From Octopus vulgaris (lineage: Eukaryota), in contig OX597824.1 in assembly GCA_951406725.2 (NCBI GenBank), positions 1,178,001 through 1,242,000 on the forward strand: a stretch of 64,000 bases of DNA. Reading direction: 5' to 3'. Each line of letters starts with the position of its first letter. Within the stretch, counting starts at the first letter, position 1. A model generated the notes under the pieces. It did no database searches, was not told the origin of the DNA, and worked only from the letters and a program-made list of their open reading frames with translations. Below, piece after piece: positions 55,860-64,000 of the stretch. Position numbers and translations under genes: made by a program.

Positions 55860-56210
55860 TTTCCTCAAAGTAACCTCCAACCCTCATCTTTCACCCTGGC
55901 CTCAAGATGTGGTGCACGCATTCCTCACTGTGTCCCGGGCAAGATCTTAGAATATCTCCTTGATCAGGCATCACCTCATACATAATAATCCATGAGGTTA
56001 CGACTGGGGGAATTAAGAGGCCAGAAATTAGGGCTGAAGTCGCAGACAATTCTCCAATGACCAGAATTCACTCTTTCCGGAGCTATGGCAAAAAGACAAA
56101 TCCTGCTGCCACACATACAGCCTTCCAGCAGCACCCTCTCCAGCCAGAGTTTCACCAGTCTCCAATAGCCTCACATAACCATCTAAACTGATCTTAAGAC
56201 CCTGTTTAAA
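55860..56210 (-). mobile_element. Tc1/mariner (maT-like) fragment
   Basis: GRLYVWQQD...FWPLNSPSRNLMDYYV; homologous to 47235-47831. Confidence 0.7.
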
Positions 56211-56622
56211 AATTTCTGCCTTCCCGCAGACCATAAGCTTCTTAGTTATCCACGTCTCATCATACAACCTTTACGATGTTCACAGATCATTGAGCAGCAG
56301 CAGATTTGAACACCTCCTTGATACCTGGTTCAAATCTTCATCATACATGAAATACTTTTCTAATATGCAAGTGGCTTCAAATTCTTCATGTTAAGTTTCT
56401 CAACTACAAATTTAATTTTTATGCTCTCCAACACATCAAACTGTTTGTGAAAAAGGGAAACATAAAAAGATCCCCTAATTTAGCCTGAACACTCTACACA
56501 TAACTCTATATTATATAATGTATCTAATTTCACATTTAAATCAGTGTGAGAGAGATCCAAGGTATATTCAGCCAGTTATTTCCTAACAGACTGTGTAATA
56601 ACAGTATCTCTTTAGTCAGCCT

Positions 56623-56920
56623 TCATCATCATTGTTTAACGTCCGCTTTCCATGCTAGCATGGGTTGGACGATTTGACTGAGGTCTGGCAAACCAGATGG
56701 CTGAACCAGGCTCCAATCTGATCTGGCAGCTGGATGCCCTTCCTAATGCCAACCACTCCGAGGGCCAGTCAGGCAGTACTGGCAATGGCCACGCTCAAAT
56801 GGTGCTTTCTATGTGCCACCTGCACAGGAGCCAGTCCAGTGGCACTGGCAAAGACCTCGCTCGAATGTTTTTTCACGTACCACCATCACAAGTGCCAGTA
56901 AGGCAATGCAAGTAACGATC
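56623..56920 (-). mobile_element. SINE family D
   Basis: catcatcattgtttaacgtccgctttccatgctagcatgggttggacg...ggatgcccttcctaatgccaaccac. Confidence 0.8.
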
Positions 56921-58202
56921 ATGCTGCTTAATCTCAGGTCATTTCTAACAACAAATTCTCAACTTCATTGTTTTACCATCTACTTTTCAGTGGGTCAGAC
57001 AGAGTTTGCTGAGGTAGATTCTCTCCAGCTGGATGCCCTTCCTGTCACCAACCCTCACTTGATTCCAAGCAATGGAATATCTCCCTTTGGCCTGACATAT
57101 TTCAGGAACAACTGGAAATGTCACTCCTTGTATGCTGGTGTTACTCCCTTCTATCATACAATGTCAAAACATATACGCATACATACACACATAGTAATTA
57201 ATGCCTCATAGTTAAAGCAGATACATCATTGAAGGCCAAATTAACTGCAGTATGTCAAGATAGCATCTCTAGTAAATGTATAGTGTTAAAAAACATAGAA
57301 TTATATCAGCAGCTGATGTCAAACCCTCCAGTAGTAGCGGCAGCATTTCTGCCCGTTTTTGGCTTTGTTAATAGGAAGGATCCAATTGCAACTGAACGCT
57401 GAGACAACGCCAACCAAACAGTGATCAAGAAATCAATGATGTCACAATAAACTAGCAGACAGAGAAGAAAAAAAAATTGTTATCAGCAACAGAAGTAGTG
57501 TCTGCTTCAAGTATGATATACAGACTGCTACTTTGCACTGATGAAGATGATGATGATGATGAAAGAAACAAGAAGTAATTAACAAATTCTTTACATACTT
57601 TAATCAATGTAGATTGGATCTCATTGAAGAGACATAAAATGGTAAGGAGGTGATAGACGGAGTGAAGGTGGTGGGGGAGAAAGGGAATCATGGAAATTCT
57701 GTGAATAAATTCAATTCTTTGCTTCTTCGGAATATTTGTGATGAACAAAAGAATAAAAAACAGCAGAAGAGAAGAGGTGGGGAAAAGAAAGAGACCAGTT
57801 AAACAACCAGTGAGGAGTGGTGGTCATGCAGTAAAGCATTACATCATGGTTCTTCTCTACAAGTCCTACTACACTGGCACAAGTTCGGCAGATGTTCAAA
57901 TATATTGAACTTTCTAACTGTATAATGTTGGTTGGTCATCGATGTTATTGGGCTGTAAAGTAATAAGATTAAGTTCTAGTTGGTGCAGGTGGGATTGGTT
58001 ACTAGTTGCTGTCTTTGATGCAGTTGAGATGGTTAGAGTTGCTTTCCTATTTGAAATTCTGAAGAAAGAATCCAGGCAAACATCAGCAAGTTTAAGTGAC
58101 TTTTCTTTAAGTCTGCAGTAAAATGCATAACAGAATACATGCACACATATATAGATTTCTACATATATATATACATATATCTATGAGTTTGCAAACACAC
58201 AC

Positions 58203-58244
<42 letters not shown>

Positions 58245-58941
58245 TCATCATCATCATCATCATTTAACATCCGCTTTCCATGCTAGCAAGTCCACACTAA
58301 AAACAACAAGGGTTTTGTGGGGCATTCTGCAAAGAGGAGGACTCTAAATTCTATCCCTGAAGCTGCAGACAAGACCACAGATTGTCTTTGGATAAAAAAG
58401 GGTAGAATAGTGGTTTTGCTGCTACTGGAAAACAAGCTGAAGCTTGATCAACTGAGTGAAGCAGGGTGGGGAGGAGGTCTAATGTTGAAAGACCCAAAAC
58501 CTCATGGGAACCCGGAAACATCACTGACAATGCACTTGAAAGCAATTGTGAGGTGTATTGTAAAACTAAATAAACACATACTTGTAAATATCGCTTTACT
58601 ATCGTTGTATTAACACCTACTTTTTCATGCTTGCAGGGGTCAAATGTGAATACATTGGGACAGTGTTTCCTGTTGTTAGATACCCTGATACTAAACCCTA
58701 TTTATTTAATGTGAAGTAATAATCTGCAAGTTTATTGATTGACAAAAAACATAGAAATGTTTACAGGGAAAACTGGAAACAAAAGACATTTTGGGAACAA
58801 GCCTTTTCTTTACAAATATGGTGGAACATTTTCATGAAGCTCAGACACGCTCTTGTAGTGAAATGGAAACAAATGACACATCAGTGGAGCCATTGTTTAC
58901 AGCCAGGGAACACTCTTGGAAACAAATAAAGTAGGAATTCC

Positions 58942-58974
<33 letters not shown>

Positions 58975-58989
58975 GTATACACATAATCA

Positions 58990-59140
58990 CACAACAGGGT
59001 CTTTTTAGTTTCCATCTAGCATATCCTAAGCTTTGGTCAGCATGGGTCTATAAAAGACATTAGCCAATGGTGCTGCATAGTGGAACTGAATCTCAAAGCA
59101 CGTGGTTGGGAGGTGAACTTCTTAAAGAGACAGCCAGGTC
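58990..59140 (-). mobile_element. SINE family C, 5' part (diverged)
   Basis: Reverse complement resembles the head of 44688-45106. Confidence 0.6.
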
Positions 59141-59196
59141 TGCACATATGCATGTATACCAATGAAAAGAAGAAGACAGAAAATTCTTTAACCATA

Positions 59197-59550
59197 ATCA
59201 TTTAACGTCCGCTTTCCATGCTAGCATGGGTTGGACGAATGACTGAGGGCTGGTGAACCAGATGGCTGCACCAGGCTCCAATCTTGATCTGGCAGAGTTT
59301 CTACGGCTCAATGCCCTTCCTAACGCCAACCACTCCGAGAGTGTAGTGGGTGCTTTTACGTGCCACCTGCACATGGGCCAGTCAGGTGGTACTGGCAACG
59401 ACCTCGCTTGAATCTTTTACACATGCCACCGGCACAGGTGCCAGTAAGGCGACGCTGGTAACGATCACGCTCGAATGGTGTCTTTTACGTGCCACTGGTA
59501 CAGAGGCCAGATAGCCGCTCTGGCAACGATCACACTCGCATGGTGCTCTT
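59197..59550 (-). mobile_element. SINE family D with internal tandem subrepeats
   Basis: Same tail as 56623; repeated tgccac..gcac...ggcaacga.c.cgct units. Confidence 0.85.
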
Positions 59551-59793
59551 CACAACTGTAATTATAAGTTATAAATGTCTCCATACCAACTCCATTTGCA
59601 ATGCCAGTTTTTGTGAAAATCCTGTAATATTTGCAGTTTTAGACATTAGAGAAACCCTTCCTTGACTAGCAGCAAAGATGTGAAGTGTGAGGAAGTACCT
59701 CTCTAATGTCTAAAACTGCTAATATTGTAGGATTTTTCTTTTAGAATTTTTGTGCAAACCGGCATTACAAATGGGAGACGGTATGGAAACATT

Positions 59794-60060
59794 TCATCAT
59801 CATCATCGTTTAATGTCCGTTTTCCATGCTGGCATGGGTTGGATGGTTCGACTGGGGTCTGGGAAGCCAGGAGGCTGCACCAGGCCCTAATCTGATCTGG
59901 CAATGTTTCTACAGCTGGATGCCCTTCCTAATGCCAACCACTCTGTGAGTGTAGTGGGTGCTTTTTCCATGCCACCAGCATGGAAGCCAGTCAAGGCAGC
60001 ACTGGCATTGGCCACATTTGGATAGTGCTTTTTACGTGCCACCGGCATGGGGATCACAAC
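59794..60060 (-). mobile_element. SINE family D
   Basis: Homologous to the 59197 copy. Confidence 0.8.
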
Positions 60061-60061
60061 T

Positions 60062-60384
60062 ACGGTTGATAACCGGAACAGCCATGTTGTGAAATTGACA
60101 TGCAAGTGGCTGAGCACTCCACATACATGTGCACCCTTAATGCAGTTCTTGGGGAGATTCAGTTGGCCCTTTGAAATACAGGAACAACAGAAACTAGAAG
60201 AATGAGTGAGAGAAAGTTGTGGTGAAAGAATACAGCAGGGTTTACCACTACCCCTGCAGGAGCCTCGTGGAACTGTTAGGTGTTTTTGTTCAATAAACAC
60301 TCGCAATACTTGGTCTGGGAATCGAATCTGCGATCCGACAACCGCGAGTCTACTGCCCTAACCACTGGGCCATTGCACCTCCAC
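60062..60384 (-). mobile_element. SINE family A
   Basis: Reverse complement of 35532-35913. Confidence 0.88.
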
Positions 60385-60529
60385 AATATGTATATGTATA
60401 TATATAAATATATATATATATAATTAATCAATATAGGGTGGCAAAAAAAATTTTGTAGAATTCTTTTGCCACCAGCGGCCTAGTGGGAAAAAATTAAATA
60501 GTCATAAACTATTTTTAAGTTCAACATCA

Positions 60530-60665
60530 ACAATCAAGGAACGGCCATAATAGGCCATTCACCCAATTTTCTCCTGGTTTACGGAATTAACGTTATTTTG
60601 CGGTTAAAGCTTTTGGCTGTTATTTCTAGTGGGTGAATGGCCTATTATGGCCGTTCCTTGATTGT
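60530..60665. repeat. Inverted repeat in a (TA)n-flanked element
   Basis: acaatcaaggaacggccataataggccattcaccca versus tgggtgaatggcctattatggccgttccttgattgt. Confidence 0.9.
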
Positions 60666-61559
60666 CGATATATATATATATATATAATAATATTAGGAAG
60701 TAAATCCAAACTTAATATAAAAAAATATAAATATATATATATATATATAGTGACGTATATTTGCCATTTGAATATGGCTAACCCCTAAGGGTGGATGCTA
60801 CTGTAGTTTGTAGCCCCAGGAGGACACCTCCTCCAGCTGGCTATAGACACACTTTCTGTGCCCTATCAGTATTTGCAAAGGGAAGCCATCCTTCCCGTCT
60901 TCAACTTATGATACACACGGACTCGAGCTTCAGGTTATCATTATATATATATATATATATATATAAATTTATAAATATAAATTAATAATTTTAAATTTTT
61001 AACTTTAAATTTAAATAATTTAAATTTTGAATTTTATATATTTTGTATATTATATTAATTAATTTTATTTCTATGTTTTGGTTTATGTTTTTCACTGTTT
61101 GATTTGCCTAATAGTGGTTTTATCTCTAATTTAATTTATATATATATATATATACATATATTGGTTAAAGTAGTGAGGAAAGCAAGCAATTAGTCAAAGT
61201 AAGACTATGCTATTTAAATTCATTTAATTCAATCTGCTTTGACTAATTGTTTAGCTTTCATCACGACCTTAATTGATACCTGTCTGACTTCCAGGTAAGC
61301 CACCAACTGCTAGTTTTTGCCTGAAACAAGTCATTCACACAGCTACAACTTCCTCTGCTCTCTGAACCGGGATCTTGGTGAATTGCCTGTTGGAGCACTC
61401 ATAATGCATACCTGTTAGTTTAGGTTACCTTGACGGGAAATCCTCATATCTCATGTATATGTATGTATACATATATAATAATAATTATTTGAGGGAATAT
61501 TAGCCCTAACTTTCAGGGAAAAAATTCAATTTAGAAATACTAAATCAGATTTCACACAA

Positions 61560-61825
61560 TATAATATATATATATATAAAATTAGAAAAAAACTACATTT
61601 TATCAATTCAAAATGAACAATTAAATTACACCATCTAGAAAATTACATATAATAGAAATATTAAAATTAAAATAACAATAATATATCGATGATTAAGTAA
61701 ATTGCAAAATAATAATAAAAACGTATATAATTGGTATTTTTAATATTTCTATTATATGTAATTTTCTAGACGGTGTAAGTTAATTGTTCATTTTGAATTG
61801 ATAAAAGGTGTTTTTTTCTAATTTT

Positions 61826-61830
<5 letters not shown>
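61560..61830. repeat. ~95-bp-arm inverted repeat in (TA)n
   Basis: ttttatcaattcaaaatgaacaattaa...ctagaaaattacatataatagaaatatt mirrored at 61735-61825. Confidence 0.88.
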
Positions 61831-61860
<30 letters not shown>

Positions 61861-61863
<3 letters not shown>

Positions 61864-62159
61864 GAGGTGCAATGGCCCAGTGGTTAGGGCAGCGGACTCG
61901 CAGCTGTAGGATCGCGGTTTCGATTCCCAGACCGGGCTTTGAGAGTGTTTATTGAGTGTAAACACCTAAAGCTCCACGAGGCTCCTGCAGGGGGTGGTGG
62001 CGATCCCTGCTGTACTCTTTCGCCACAACTTTCTCTCACTTTCTTCTGTTGGTCTGCTCGCTTAGCCAGCGGAGTGGCATCATTTTAAGGCTAAAACAAT
62101 GTGAAGCGCATTGTGACCAACAATGTGTAGCAACATCTGATAGCCTGGTCGGTCATGGT

Positions 62160-62160
<1 letters not shown>
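61861..62160 (+). mobile_element. SINE with family A head and a different 3' tail
   Basis: Matches family A to ~62045, then gcgcattgtgacc...catctgatagcctggtcggtc. Confidence 0.85.
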
Positions 62161-62205
<45 letters not shown>

Positions 62206-64000
62206 AATTTACAGATATGTATACATTATATAAATATATGCTTTGGTGAAAGATGAAGAAAGTGAAAAGACTTTCAAGAAGTTTTTATTATTTTGATTTT
62301 TAATTCTTTATTTGCAGTGTTGGGGGAGGGATGAGGGGAGACAAAAGAGTCAACTGTCTCTTCAAGGCCTCCTTTCTCTTCAGGAGAGCTTAACTCTCCA
62401 CATCTGATGAGGAAAAAATTTCCACAGGTAATCCCAGGTACATATGTATGTGTGTGTGCATGTGTATGTGTGTGTATATATATAATTTGAGACAATATGT
62501 TTGGGATAATCCAAGAAACTTAATAGAAAAGCAAGAATTCTAGGATTAGTACATGGGTGGAATGTGGGGGGGGAGTGAAATATATGCTTCAAGTGGACTT
62601 AGTTATGATAGAATGGATTATTGATGTTCGGAGCAAAGAATATAGAGTCAGTATGATTCCAGAAGTAAGGAGAGACTGTTATATATTGGTTAAAGTAGTG
62701 AGGAAAGCAAGCAATTAGTCAAAGTAAGACTATTTTATTATTTAAATTCATTTAATTCAATCTGCTTTGACTAATTATTTAGCTTTCTTCATGACCTTAA
62801 TTGATACCTGTTGACTTCATTGTACAACTCTGGAACTGTTTCCAGAGGGAAAGACAGGAGACAGTTCCAGAGGTGCAGAATGGGCCCCGAGAGGAATTAT
62901 CGAGTCAGGTAGAGCATGTTTTTTTTGTTGAATGTTAACTATATTGAGTGTAGATGTCAGGGAGTATGCATGTGTGCATGCTCATTGACAAGTGGTGCAC
63001 TTGTGTGTGTCTGTGTGTGTGCGTACTTATAGTAAATAGTTTTTCAGGTATTTGAAATGTTGTGTATTTTCACTTTGCAAAGGGTTAATCATCACTTAAC
63101 GATAAAATGGAGTGGGGGGGGGAATCTGGTGAAAGACAAAGAGGGAGATAAACAAAAGAGAAAGAGAGAGAGAGGGTGATAGCAAAACAAGGAAGATAGT
63201 GGAAGAAATAGGAGGAGAGAAAGAGAGAGAATCAGGAGAGCAAATTTCAGTGAAGGACGATTTACAGAGGAAGCTTGTCACCTGGTGCGTACAACCAACC
63301 AACAAACTCCAAAAACAAATAATGTGAAGAGGAAGAGGTAAAGCCATATTTTCCAGTGTCCTTCTTTGGTAATTCCTTTTAAACGATGCATAGTTTTCTG
63401 GAGAAGACCCGTTGATCCTTCAAAATCTGAATCCTAGAGGAAAAGAAAAACTGGAGTAAAATACTGAAAGAAACATGTGCTTAGAAATTTATTATTTATA
63501 AATCTCACAACGAGAGACATTCAGCAACAGTACTTTGGAGTAAAGATTATTTGCCAACATGACATGGCTGAACAATCATTCTGTGCTGATGAAGGGAAAT
63601 AACCTGGAAATCACGATACACAGATATTGTTTTGAGCTGAGTGGAGGTGCTAGATTCCCTTGTTTGAAAATATAAGGACACAGATCATGTCATATAGCCA
63701 GCTGGAGACAATGTCTCCTGGGGTTAAATTACAGCAGCATTCGTCTTAAACCACAACTGCCATGTTATGTTGGCAAATAATCTTTACTCCAAACATGTGG
63801 TTGATTTCAAATGCTTGAACAAGGTTACAAAACACAGGTAGAGAAGGGGGCACAGTTGATTGGTACAAATGTTATTGACTAATTGCAAATGGCACCTGTG
63901 CCAGTGGCACATAAAAGCATCCATTACACTCTTGGAATGGTTGGCATTTTGCCTCTGTGAGGGCCAACACTCAAAAGGAACTCAGCCACTTTGCACCTGT

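Larger units (their letters stand above)
61156..62818. repeat. Pair of ~135-bp direct repeats (61156-61291, 62681-62818)
   Basis: atatattggttaaagtagtgaggaaagcaagc...ccttaattgatacctgt occurs twice. Confidence 0.9.

Noticed and set aside
52500-64000. A second gene downstream
   Set aside because: No convincing exons were found; the region is SINEs, decayed TE fragments and SSRs, though small exons could be missed

Overview
Eukaryotic, AT-rich, microsatellite- and SINE-dense genomic DNA. The repeat landscape resembles an octopus/coleoid cephalopod (inference). By manual splicing I find one 5'-incomplete plus-strand gene with 20 GT-AG exons (607..51994). The intron phases chain without conflict into 3765 nt (1254 aa + stop). 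The protein has five ~150-165 aa beta-rich repeats carrying C-x7-G-x-N-I-x-C, a DUF11-like Ig-type segment, a divergent F5/8 type C (discoidin) domain and a C-terminal module with Asp-box-like motifs. It has ~27 N-glycosylation sequons and no TM helix in the part visible here. Introns and the 3' flank hold decayed mobile DNA: an L1/Tx1 LINE inside (TATC)n, R4/Dong-like LINE pieces at (TAA)n, RTE and CR1-like fragments, Helitrons, mariner/Tc1 pieces and MITEs, and four SINE families. They also hold many (TA)n-embedded Penelope-type remnants with long inverted repeats and minimal type I hammerhead-ribozyme-like folds. Most ORFs in the supplied track are microsatellite artefacts.
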